From: Nemertoderma westbladi | Taxonomy: Eukaryota > Animalia > Xenacoelomorpha | Direction of reading: 5' to 3' | NCBI GenBank assembly: GCA_032718475.1 | Contig: JAUCBJ010000720.1 | Location: forward strand, 1-64,000 | Length of the DNA stretch: 64,000 nt | Shown here: one piece after another, positions 1 to 10,300 of the stretch | Position numbering within the stretch: the stretch's first letter is position 1 | How the letters are laid out: each line of letters starts with the position of its first letter | Translations under genes and position numbers: made by a program | Notes under the pieces: generated by a model | Told to the model about the DNA's origin: nothing | Database searches by the model: none | Seen by the model: only the letters and a program-made list of their open reading frames with translations

Positions 1-648
1 ACGAACCATTTTGTGTCTGCCTTATGACGTTATACAGAATGTACTGTATTGGTGCCCCACTAACCTTATTGTACGGCCTACTTACAGTACCTGTCTTACA
101 GTATGTGTATTTGTATTTTTGTCATTCATTGGGTACCACAGGCGTACCGGCAGTCATATTACTGCTGTACTGCGGACGTACTACAGTTGTACCGCGGTCA
201 TAGTGCTGCTGTTATATGTAGTTGCGCATTAATTACTATGAGGCCTAATTACAGCACTTCAGTAGTACCTATCCTACACGTGCATTTGCATTACGTTATC
301 TTACCGTCTCTTAATATTCCGACAGTCTACCTACTGCATTCACCACCCGTTTGAAAGTTTTAATTGCTTTTCAAGATTTTAAATTAGTATTTAATTTTAA
401 ATTCAGACCTGCCTGTCACTACTTACTTCGTTCGATTTCTGTATTAATACTTTACTATTAAGTGCCATCCTCAATTCCGTAGGTTCTAAATTGGTATGTA
501 TCTTTTTTAAAATAATTGTATTGCTTTAACATTTTATATATTAGCCCTGAAGAAGCCCGTGAGGGTGAAACGGCTGTCGGCAAACTCTATTTATTTTAAC
601 TCGTGGTGTTAAGACCCCTTAAGCCCTACGTCCTTTCAAAAACTTATA
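1..648 (+). repeat. Upstream pseudo-LTR of the PLE (truncated by the window edge)
   Basis: Near-identical to 4455-5101, with only a few differences seen (e.g. ctgtcttaca/ctgtcctaca, ggtatg/ggaatg, two small indels). Confidence 0.95.
541..584 (+). ncRNA. Minimal type I hammerhead ribozyme (PLE pLTR copy 1)
   Basis: Stem I gcc (544-546)/ggc (579-581); core CUGAAGA (547-553); stem II gccc-gtga-gggt; GAAA (567-570); short stem III ac-ggct-gt; GUC cleavage triplet ending at C578. Confidence 0.88.
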
Positions 649-3600
649 TGGCAACCACACCACGCCGGGCGTCATTCCGTAATATTAGAAAACTGAACTT
701 AAATCCAGGGGCATCTATTGACGTCCGCAAATCATTAAAACTGTCTATCGACAAAGTTAAAATTCAGGCCCAAATTTTCAACCTTAAGGAATACAAAAGA
801 GGAACTATGGCACCCTTTTATATCATGCAACGCACTGCCGCCATTCTCGAACACTATCCACTACTCCACAGGATGCTAGTTAAGCGGATCCTATCAGTAG
901 AAATCGATAATTTGTACAGGAGGTTATGTCGAACCGAGAACTTATGTTTTAACCACGTACGTCGCCTCCAGCAACACTCCATCGACACCAACAACTTCAT
1001 ATCCCTACACTACTTGGAATTCCATATCGCACGGGTGCAACAACGCGAGCTTAGTGTTACTGTCCAACGTCACCGCTACAAGTTTGATTTCCAACAGGGG
1101 TACCGGGCCATGTCGGTTATCCCGCACCCTATCCCACGCGTTCCTTTCCCACTTCGCTATTCCGACTCGACTGGAGCATCACAGAACGGTGATCAAATAT
1201 CCACTCAGAATGATTTGGCAACTGCTACAAGTACGACAACTGCAATGCTCCGGAAGACAACTTCAGTTATTCCAGTTGTGAACATTTCAACTGTGCAGTT
1301 GACGGAAACGCAAACTGAGCTCCTCGGCTTGGGTTACAATTTTATTCCAAGCAAACCAGCTACAGTGAGAGACCAAATGGAAGCGCATATTGCTATTACC
1401 ACAGCAGCAGCAAAGATCCGGAACAAACTTAAGAAGGAGCTATTCGAGATTACCGATGTAAACTCGGATAATACGGTACCGAGTGGTCGGAATGCACCGG
1501 GACCTGCAACTCCCGAACCCCGGTTAGGGTGCTCATACCTGGACCGTTCGTTCCTACCCCCCCAGCCGGAACTTCCGACGCGTACAATTATAACGGTGCC
1601 GCCGCCAACAACTGCACCGGGCCAGAGAAAATCACGCCGAAGATTATTCACTGCCAGTCCCACCAACGCGGCCGAAACGATACAAGAGGAAGCTGATAAA
1701 GTGGAGGAGATCGTGGAGGTTTCACAATGCATTGTCACGCGTTCAACATCGGCAAGCTCGCTTAGGAAAACTCGCCGTTCATCCAGATTAAACCACATCC
1801 CTAACCATGATTTAACCCACATCGTACGCGACACACCTCGTGTCCCACCTAATGATATTCCATTCTACCGACGCCCTCGTTATCTTCCTCCCAGGTCTGA
1901 GAACGCTGTGGTCGAGCAGCTGATTGAGGACCTACATGTCACAGTCAGTTGCACTAATCTTAAACAGCTAAACTCTAGGGTCAAGCCCAATCTCAACAGA
2001 TCACAGAGATCGGCGCTAGTTACACTTAGCAAGAACCCTTCGATAGCGTTTTTACAAGGTGACAAAAGTGGCAACATTATTATCGTCGACCAAGCTGATA
2101 AGCATCATGCTATACAGCGCATTCTTGATGACTCTGCCGTTTATTGCAAATTGGAGAGGGATCCGTCGTCACGATTTCGAGCTGAGCTCCGAAAAGTTAT
2201 CGCAAAACTCGATCTCGGCTCTAATAATGACATTAAAGCCCACCTATTCCCCCCAACATTTGACATTGGCTATCCTTTTATCACACTAAAGGACCACAAA
2301 CCGCGTGAACAATGGCTTCCTTCACTCAATGGTGGCCTAATACCAAAAGCCCGTCCTATAATATCGAACACCAATGCATTTTTCACACCTTTAGGTAAAC
2401 TACTTAACCGGTATTTACAACCACTCGTACAACAGTCAGCGAACTACATTGAGAGCTCCATGCACTTTGCTAGGGCTCACCCAACACGAACTGGCTCGAC
2501 GGGTGTAACATTCATTGCTCTGGATGTGGTGGACATGTTCACCTCGATACCTCATGACTTGGGGATCCAAGCTACACTCCAATGCCTCAAGGAAGATTCA
2601 ACACTGCCTGTGCGTTCCCCATTCACCATACAGCACTTTGAGATCATACTTCGATACCTACTAACTCACAATTACTTCCGCTATCGAAATTCTTATTACG
2701 TTCAAAAGATAGGGTCTGCGATGGGGAGTAACTATGGCGTTTCCTATTCGATCCTTAGTATAGCTCGAATACATAGTCACGTTCTTGGCGTTACCCTCAT
2801 TAGTTGTGTGTTCTTTACCTTCTTTGTAGACGACCATTACTTGCTCTGCGACCGCATTGTAGATCAGGACCAACTATCTACCCTACTAGACCGTTACAAC
2901 CGCGCATCCCTAGAATTATACAACGACCCGGCCATCCAGTTTACCATGGAATCATCGAACACCTCAATTAATTACCTCGACCTCACCATCGCACATAGGA
3001 ACAACGCTATACAAACCGCCGTTTACACCAAACCAACTTCCAATAAACTCCCCATCCACTATACCAGTTTTCACAACAAACAAACACTCCAGTCTATCGT
3101 TAAAGCCCAACTCACTCGGTTCCGTCGTTTATCCTCCACGTTACAGGCGTACCAACACCAGTGCATTAAATACCTTGAACAATGCGCGGATAGAGGCTAC
3201 CCCCTGGACTTTTTACTCCCGTTGCACTTCTGGGACCCACCTACCCATACAACCAAGCTCACACCACCGCCCCATCAGAAACACCCAATCTATCTCCCTA
3301 TATTACTACACTTTCAACCCTCCATTAAGCAGCTACTTTTGCGGTATAGGCGGCTCCTAGACTCCTACGGCATCGACCTTAAACTAACGACTCGCAACCT
3401 TCCAACACTCGGAAACAAGCTCATCAGGAAACGTGAAAAACCGACACACAGTGGAAACGTCCCTTGCAATGTGAGCTCGTGCTGCACGTGTAAAGAAATC
3501 GCGAACAATACAACCACTCCCTGGGGTGAACGTGTAGGTGGAGCGTTCACCTGCAAGTCTCACAATATTTTATATTACCTATCCTGCACCCAACACCCGG

Positions 3601-3857
3601 ACCAATACTACATTGGCGAAACCGAGCAGAAACTGCACAATCGCCTCAATGGCCACCGATTCAATGTGCGACAGCACCGCCAGGGCGCTCCTAGCACTGG
3701 CCAGGAGGACCATCTACTTGAACACTTTGCGCAATGCCCACAGTACACTGTCACAGCCTTCAAGCAGTTCAGGCGCGATTGGGACCGTCTCAGTGCTGAA
3801 GCGCTCTACATACACTTGTACAACCCTCCTTTGAACAAGCAGCGTCCACAGACTTAA
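648..3857 (+). CDS. PLE polyprotein: reverse transcriptase + GIY-YIG endonuclease (~1069 aa from ATG at 648; ORF track extends it to GTG at 603)
   Basis: RT motifs RPIIS, FIALDVVDMFTSIPHD, YVQKIGSAMGS, FVDD (2823-2834), INYLDLTI, VYTKPT; PLE thumb HYTSFH...RFRRLSS...RGYP; endonuclease NILYYLSC...YYIGETEQKLHNRLNGHR. No internal stops. ATG at 648 coincides with the end of the pLTR. Confidence 0.92.
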   Translation: MATTPRRASFRNIRKLNLNPGASIDVRKSLKLSIDKVKIQAQIFNLKEYKRGTMAPFYIMQRTAAILEHYPLLHRMLVKRILSVEIDNLYRRLCRTENLCFNHVRRLQQHSIDTNNFISLHYLEFHIARVQQRELSVTVQRHRYKFDFQQGYRAMSVIPHPIPRVPFPLRYSDSTGASQNGDQISTQNDLATATSTTTAMLRKTTSVIPVVNISTVQLTETQTELLGLGYNFIPSKPATVRDQMEAHIAITTAAAKIRNKLKKELFEITDVNSDNTVPSGRNAPGPATPEPRLGCSYLDRSFLPPQPELPTRTIITVPPPTTAPGQRKSRRRLFTASPTNAAETIQEEADKVEEIVEVSQCIVTRSTSASSLRKTRRSSRLNHIPNHDLTHIVRDTPRVPPNDIPFYRRPRYLPPRSENAVVEQLIEDLHVTVSCTNLKQLNSRVKPNLNRSQRSALVTLSKNPSIAFLQGDKSGNIIIVDQADKHHAIQRILDDSAVYCKLERDPSSRFRAELRKVIAKLDLGSNNDIKAHLFPPTFDIGYPFITLKDHKPREQWLPSLNGGLIPKARPIISNTNAFFTPLGKLLNRYLQPLVQQSANYIESSMHFARAHPTRTGSTGVTFIALDVVDMFTSIPHDLGIQATLQCLKEDSTLPVRSPFTIQHFEIILRYLLTHNYFRYRNSYYVQKIGSAMGSNYGVSYSILSIARIHSHVLGVTLISCVFFTFFVDDHYLLCDRIVDQDQLSTLLDRYNRASLELYNDPAIQFTMESSNTSINYLDLTIAHRNNAIQTAVYTKPTSNKLPIHYTSFHNKQTLQSIVKAQLTRFRRLSSTLQAYQHQCIKYLEQCADRGYPLDFLLPLHFWDPPTHTTKLTPPPHQKHPIYLPILLHFQPSIKQLLLRYRRLLDSYGIDLKLTTRNLPTLGNKLIRKREKPTHSGNVPCNVSSCCTCKEIANNTTTPWGERVGGAFTCKSHNILYYLSCTQHPDQYYIGETEQKLHNRLNGHRFNVRQHRQGAPSTGQEDHLLEHFAQCPQYTVTAFKQFRRDWDRLSAEALYIHLYNPPLNKQRPQT

Positions 3858-3942
3858 TTCCACGACCCTTCGTTCACATCTTTCAAATTTATTTCACTTA
3901 TTTAATTCAAAATACATATATCCAAGTTTTATTAGTTGAATA

Positions 3943-4390
3943 TTGAACTACCCCGTTAAATTGTTTTTATTTTACAGTCACCTACTTATTTTTGAACTAC
4001 CCCGTTAAATTGTTTTTATTTTACAGTCACCTACTTATTTTTGAACTACCCCGTTAAATTGTTTTTATTTTACAGTCACCTACTTATTTTTGAACTACCC
4101 CGTTAAATTGTTTTTATTTTACAGTCACCTACTTATTTTTGAACTACCCCGTTAAATTGTTTTTTTTTTTTTTTACAGTCACCTACTTATTTTTGAACTA
4201 CCCCGTTAAATTGTTTTTATTTTACAGTCACCTACTTATTTTTGAACTACCCCGTTAAATTGTTTTTATTTTACAGTCACCTACTTATTTTAGGTGCACA
4301 TTGAACCACCCCGTTACATTGTTTTTTTGGAACCACCCTGTGCATATTGAACTCCCCGTTACATTGCTTTAATTTTACAGTCACTTATTT
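3943..4390 (+). repeat. 49-bp minisatellite in the PLE 3' UTR (7 good copies plus degenerate ones)
   Basis: Unit ttgaactaccccgttaaattgtttttattttacagtcacctacttattt; 'gaacta' at 3945, 3994, 4043, 4092, 4141, 4195 (poly-T expansion) and 4244. Confidence 0.95.
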
Positions 4391-4454
4391 TCTTTGGTCC
4401 AAATTCAACTACCTCGCTACATTTTTGTCATACAGTACATTAGTACATTGAAAT

Positions 4455-5101
4455 ACGAACCATTTTGTGTCTGCCTTATGACGTTATACAGAATGTACTG
4501 TATTGGTGCCCCACTAACCTTATTGTACGGCCTACTTACAGTACCTGTCCTACAGTATGTGTATTTGTATTTTTGTCATTCATTGGGTACCACAGGCGTA
4601 CCGGCAGTCATATTACTGCTGTACTGCGGACGTACTACAGTTGTACCGCGGTCATAGTGCTGCTGTTATATGTAGTTGCGCATTAATTACTGAGACCTAA
4701 TTACAGCACTTCAGTAGTACCTATCCTACACGTGCATTTGCATTACGTTATCTTACCGTCTCTTAATATTCCGACAGTCTACCTACTGCATTCACCACCC
4801 GTTTGAAAGTTTTAATTGCTTTTCAAGATTTTAAATTAGTATTTAATTTTAAATTCCAGACCTGCCTGTCACTACTTACTTCGTTCGATTTCTGTATTAA
4901 TACTTTACTATTAAGTGCCATCCTCAATTCCGTAGGTTCTAAATTGGAATGTATCTTTTTTAAAATAATTGTATTGCTTTAACATTTTATATATTAGCCC
5001 TGAAGAAGCCCGTGAGGGTGAAACGGCTGTCGGCAAACTCTATTTATTTTAACTCGTGGTGTTAAGACCCCTTAAGCCCTACGTCCTTTCAAAAACTTAT
5101 A
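4455..5101 (+). repeat. Downstream pseudo-LTR of the PLE
   Basis: Direct repeat of 1-648; identity stops at ...aaaaacttata (5101), equivalent to the A of the ORF start codon. Confidence 0.95.
4994..5037 (+). ncRNA. Minimal type I hammerhead ribozyme (PLE pLTR copy 2)
   Basis: Identical to 541-584: CTGAAGA at 5000-5006, GAAAC at 5020-5024, predicted cleavage after C5031. Confidence 0.88.
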
Positions 5102-5199
5102 AGGTGATGTCGGTTTTCAACAGTGAATTATTTTTTTGCCTCAAAACTGCTCTTTTCAACAACATAATAATATATTGCTAATATTTATGACTCTCTGTA

Positions 5200-5755
5200 T
5201 AAAACAACCTTTTTATCAGTTCGTCGATTTTGACTTTTTTCATCACTAAATTCCCTACTATATCTAGTATCTAGTATCTATTCCCTACTATCGTTGGTTT
5301 TGTAAATCATGGCCATTTGGATCTTCTAGAACCGATTTTGTAACTGCTACATTTTGTCTATCACAAAATATTTATTCTCAAAATATAGCCCGGAAATACT
5401 AAAACCCCCCTAAATTTTTCAAAATCAATAATTTTGTGCTAAAATTATCATAGAAGATAGCCTACATTTTTAGGTCCATTTTACCAAAGCCTTGGACCAA
5501 GAACTTCAATGCAGGGTATTACAGATCTTTAAACATGAGCTAATTTACATAGAAATGCCACAAATTTATAGAATTTTTGAAAAAACCGAACTGTTCAGAA
5601 AGTTCCATATTTTTCGAACAAACGATTTATGAAACTACAGTATCTATACTCAGTTTTAATAGTATATATAAGATGACATATAATTGTATTAAAGTTTCAG
5701 AATAGTAGCTTTATAAATAAAAACAAATAGATTTGGGGTAATGGTCCCATTAATA
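5200..5755. mobile_element. Fragment of a dispersed non-autonomous DNA-transposon-like repeat next to the PLE 3' end
   Basis: tttcatcactaaattccctacta (~5238-5259) and aaatagatttggggtaatggtcc (~5725-5748) recur in inverted orientation at ~50194-50216 and ~50032-50061. Confidence 0.5.
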
Positions 5756-5829
5756 TATTACAAAATTAAAGCTTGAGCCCCCATTACACATTTTATAGCA
5801 AAGGTTTTATAGGCATAATATGCCGTTTA

Positions 5830-6059
5830 GTAATGTTAAAAATTCTTGATGAAAACTATTTTTGCGAAGTACTCATTATTAAAGTACTTAGTACTTGTTT
5901 GCACGCAGTAATCCGACGAAAATACTTTATATTTCCTTCGCAACGTAATGTTAAAAATTCTTGATGAAAACTATTTTTGCGAAGTACTTATTATTAAAGT
6001 ACTTAGTAATTATTTGCACGCAGTCATCCAACGAAAATACTTTATATTTCCTTCACAAC
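5830..6059 (+). repeat. 115-bp tandem duplication
   Basis: gtaatgttaaaaattcttgatgaaaac...ttccttc(g/a)caac at 5830-5944 and 5945-6059, with few mismatches. Confidence 0.92.
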
Positions 6060-6239
6060 ATTTTCACAATTTCAGTTGTTTTTAGCAGCTTTTTCTTTTA
6101 AAAGGGTTTGCGGAAAAATATCAATTTTCGGGCCATTTTTGGAAATTACTAAAATGTGCCTTAGGGCCACCAGAAGCTTAATCCGGCACAGCCATCATAT
6201 TATAATGTGGAACAATAGCGTGAAGCTAATGTCGCTAAG

Positions 6240-6914
6240 TTAGTTCACATTGTGAAACAGCGTAGTTCGCAGCTTCCAATAAGACGGGCTATCATCTGGT
6301 GATTGCGGTTACCCAATCAGTTGTTTGGCTTATTCAGTGAAATGATTTATATAAATTGTTCGCCATGCTTCAGCATACTTTCATCATCTGCATTAAGGTC
6401 GTCAATAATTTTCCTGATAACTTTAAGAATGATTTCTAGTGTTGATTCATGGAATGCTATATTAGAGATTATCAATATCCACTTCATAAATCACCAACTG
6501 ATCTTCTCCTTCAAAATAAACATGAACTAGACGGTGTTCAAGTGTCGATTCGTTATCAAAGAAAATTGCGAACTTCAAGGAAATTACGTAAATCTAGTTT
6601 ATCTATTTCACGATATAATTTCATCTGCTGACGATCATACTCTTTATCGCTAACATTACGCTGAAATGGCTTTTTTTGTTGCCATGCTGAGTCCTTGTTA
6701 GTTGGAAAGTCCCCGGTGTAATTAAAGGCTTAGCGTCTGGTGTTAGCGCCGGTCTCCTAAATGGTTCTCGATATGTCATGGTGGTACCAAAGTGATCCAT
6801 ACAAACTCCATAGTTTTCCTTAATACGGGTATCTATTGCAATGGGAAATGAGTCGGCCCACTCAGCCCTGAATCGAAACACATTCTTAGTATTGTTACAT
6901 ATAAAACATTTCAT
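6240..6914 (-). pseudogene. Decayed THAP zinc-finger gene, probably a P-element/THAP9-like transposase relic
   Basis: N-terminal ORF 6914-6621 reads MKCFIC...FRF...W...VCMDHF...LTPDAKP, matching the THAP C2CH signature. Downstream minus-strand sequence continues as coding-like pieces broken by stops and frameshifts (e.g. ...SPSYWKLR...). The transposase assignment is inference. Confidence 0.65.
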
Positions 6915-6989
6915 CTTTCAACAATTATTAATGAGTCAATATAATCTTACAAAGGCAATGGAGGTCAGGTCGTTCGCTGGCCATTAGTA

Positions 6990-9420
6990 TATCTGGGTAC
7001 CAAAATTATTCCAAAACAAAAAAAAAATTTCATACAAAATACCTTTGATATCAATGATATCTGTCAAACTTTATTTATTAATTACTAAAAACTCAGAATG
7101 TGAAATTTATGTTCTAGAACATAAAACCTCATTATAACGGCCATTAACACGTGCAAATCATTCGTCAAAAAGTGGATAAACAGGGCATAGGGCGTTACTA
7201 AGTTATGGGTACCCAATTTTTGACCAATAATTATTTGACAATGTTAATGGCTATTATCTTGAGGTTTTTTATAGAACATAAATGTCATCTTATAAATAAA
7301 TAATATAAATAATAAATTTTTTGTATTACTAGCTATTCTAAATTTGAAAAATAACTAGCTATATGTTCTAGAACATTATATTATTTGTATTATTTATGTT
7401 CTAGAATAGTGTATAATACATATAATATTAAATAAATAAAATAAAAAATAATAATGTTCTAAAACATATAGAAGTTTTTTTTTAATTTGAAAATACTGTA
7501 GCTAGTAAATTTAACAAATAATACAATTTGGTACCGGTAGATATTTTTTTTAATAATAATATAAGTAAATAAATTTTTTTTACTAGCTATTTTAAATTTA
7601 AAAAATTACAAGCTATATGTTCTAGAACAATAATTTTTTTATTTTATTATTGTTCTAGAATAGAGTATATTATATATTTTTTGTTCTAGAACTCTTAACT
7701 GTTGCCATGGTAACAATGATTTATGTTATAAAAATGTAGTTCTATACGGAACTGTTACGGTACCGTACCGGTACCTTTTAATTTATAAATTTCACTAACA
7801 TATTTAGAAAAAAACTTCTAGAAATGTCATTTCACCTTCTGAGAGAGGTTAGCTATTATTTTTTATTATGGTAGCTAGTTTTTTTTAAAGGTAGCTAGTG
7901 ATCTTAAAATTACAAAAGAAAATTTGTAGTGCCCCCTTTATTTAGACAATTTCCATATTATCAAGATATTCTAGAAATGACTAAAAACAAGATAAATAAA
8001 TGTATAAATTTTTTGGATACCGGTACTCTTGAAAAGATGAAGAAGATAATATTATTAAACACAATAAACTTCCGGTAGTCCTTTAAGTAACGGTAGTGTT
8101 CTGACTGAGTAGGCCTATAATAAAAAATGTATATCATTTATATTTCTTAATTAGTAAAAACTGTATTTTGACATCTGCCTATATTCTGTATAAAAAACTA
8201 GCTAGGGAAAAATTACTAGCTACTTTGACTATAAACTATAAATTACTAGCTACCATGAGACTCAAATTATTCCAGAACAATATATAATTGAAAATTAAAA
8301 TATATCTTTAATTTTTTTTTACTAGCTAATAATAAATGGTACTACTGTAGCTAACATAAAATAAAACGTACTAGCTACCATCTTTCTGTCAGAAGGTCAA
8401 ATATTTGTTCTAGAATAAGAAACCTCATTATAAAAGCCATTTTTACAAGAAAAAAGTTGGTCAAATTTTTTTTTCAATTTTACAATTATAATTGTTTTCA
8501 CTAGCTAATAAAAAGTACTAGCTTATACAAAATCAAAACTACTGTACTAGCTACCATCTTACTGGCAGAAGGTGAAATGTGTTCATCTATGTTCTAGAAT
8601 TTTCTTGTATTAAAATCCTATAACACACATAAAATACATACAGTAATTCAAATAATAAAACTTTGGTACCGATACACAAGTTATGCTTGCCGTTTGCTAT
8701 TACTGTTATTATTAAATTGTGCTGCGCTGTGTGTATTCTATTCTGGAACATAAATGTTAGCTGCCCAGGGAACGCATGTGATAGTACTGTAGGTGCCTAT
8801 ATTATTTGATTATTTATTTAGAATAATCATTATTCGCCGTTTTCATGGTAACCAAGTGAGTGTAGAATAATAATTATATTTATTGAAACTATTGTTTGAC
8901 AATTACAAATGATTGTTGAGAACAATCATTGCTTAAACAGCAGGATATTGTCCGAAAAAATAAATGTATTCTAGGGCCTTCTATGTAAGAAAATCATCAA
9001 TTTCAACCCGTTGCTATGGTAACATGGATCCATATTGGTGAAAAATGAGAGCCAATGCACAATATAGTTGTTTATATGTGTTAACAGTGTCACGGGGTTG
9101 TTATGTGCATTTATTGTTTATTAATTAAATAGATTAGTAACTAATCGCCGTTTCCATGGTTACCAAGTGTAAAATAAGAATATATTTATTTGAAACTAAT
9201 GTTTGAAAATAATTTTTGACAATAATAAGCAATGTTTAACAGTTTTAACAGTCTCACTATTTCGACCAAAAAAAAATTTAGCTGGTTGCCATGGAAACGT
9301 GAATACCTCATGAACGAGTACGATAACCCCCATTTTTTATTTCATAAATCAACATTACTTACTCATGTCTACGTCATAAGCAAAAAATTTGAGTGGTCTC
9401 AGGGGTAGCACACTAATGTG
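6990..9420. mobile_element. AT-rich non-coding repeat with internal inverted segments, probably a non-autonomous DNA transposon; boundaries approximate
   Basis: Recurrent ttctagaa and ctagcta motifs; inverted pair tcaccttctg..agagg/tagct (~7832) versus agctaccatc...cagaaggt (~8373, ~8550); five GTTNCCATGGNAAC-type palindromes. Confidence 0.4.
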
Positions 9421-10099
9421 GTTCCGTCTCTATATACCATTCCATGCTTGAGTGCAGACTGTTGATGCAGTGTTACTGATGAAACATTTACTGCTTCTTT
9501 TGCAACTCTAGTTTTTCTCATGTTGAGCTAAACTGTATGAGTATGAGTACTATACTCTTAGTAATGAATGGGCTTATGATATAAATTGATTATCATCAAA
9601 TTGTGAATCCGCTTATGTTTTATTGTATAAAAACAAACATTCGAAACCAGAGGAATGTCGAGAATGAACTATGGGACATGGTATTCTAAATATTATAATT
9701 TTTTTAACCAGAAGCCACTCTACTGTTTCCTATTTCCTGAGCTACCATCATCGTTAACAGTTTTTGAGAAACTTTTAAGTTAATTTAATTAGCAACATCC
9801 TCTGCGTAAGCAAAATAGCGCAATAAAAGCCATCAGACTCTGAAAGAATGGGAATTATTTGTTGATCAATCAGCATTTATAAGACATATATCGCGTATTA
9901 TCGGTGCGTTCAATAATTACTGGGTTCAAAGTAAAAAAAATTGGTATCACATATTAACTTATCATGCTAGCTTTGATCGCAGTCTTTGATGGCTTCCTTG
10001 AAAAATTAAATTATTTACTTTTCTGGACCTTCTCTGGCAACATCTAAATTTCAACTTACAATGTATAAGTAAAGGAAAGTTATCAGTGAAGATATGATA

Positions 10100-10300
10100 A
10101 CAATCACCGGATGGTACAGGAAGTCTCCTTTATCTTGGCAGTTTCCCGTAAGGCAGAGAGGGCGCTACACCAATTACCAAGGTTGTATAACTGTATAACT
10201 ATCAACCCTTACTTTACAGCCCCAGCAGAAGTCATGTTCCCATTACACCGCTATGTTTGAGCAAATACTAAAGTCTAAAGTGTCTTGAGGCGGTATACAA
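10100..10300 (-). mobile_element. Probable SINE fragment (core-domain type)
   Basis: The segment ...ttcccattacaccgct...taaagtgtcttg...tacaa resembles, from memory, the antisense central core of invertebrate tRNA-derived SINEs; no tRNA head recognised. Confidence 0.35.

Larger units (their letters stand above)
1..5101 (+). mobile_element. Penelope-like retroelement (PLE), endonuclease-containing, Neptune-like architecture; 5' end runs off the window
   Basis: Single long ORF with RT then C-terminal GIY-YIG; direct pseudo-LTRs at 1-648 and 4455-5101; a hammerhead ribozyme in each pLTR; Cys-rich linker (PCNVSSCCTC...FTC) between RT and endonuclease, as in Neptune-type PLEs. Confidence 0.93.

Noticed and set aside
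11-354. Small ORFs in the pLTRs (also 4394-4686)
   Set aside because: Non-ATG starts, no motifs, and an indel between the two pLTR copies disrupts the longer one.
1-5101. LTR retrotransposon
   Set aside because: No gag, protease, RNase H or integrase, and no TG...CA ends; RT + GIY-YIG with hammerheads indicates a Penelope-like element.
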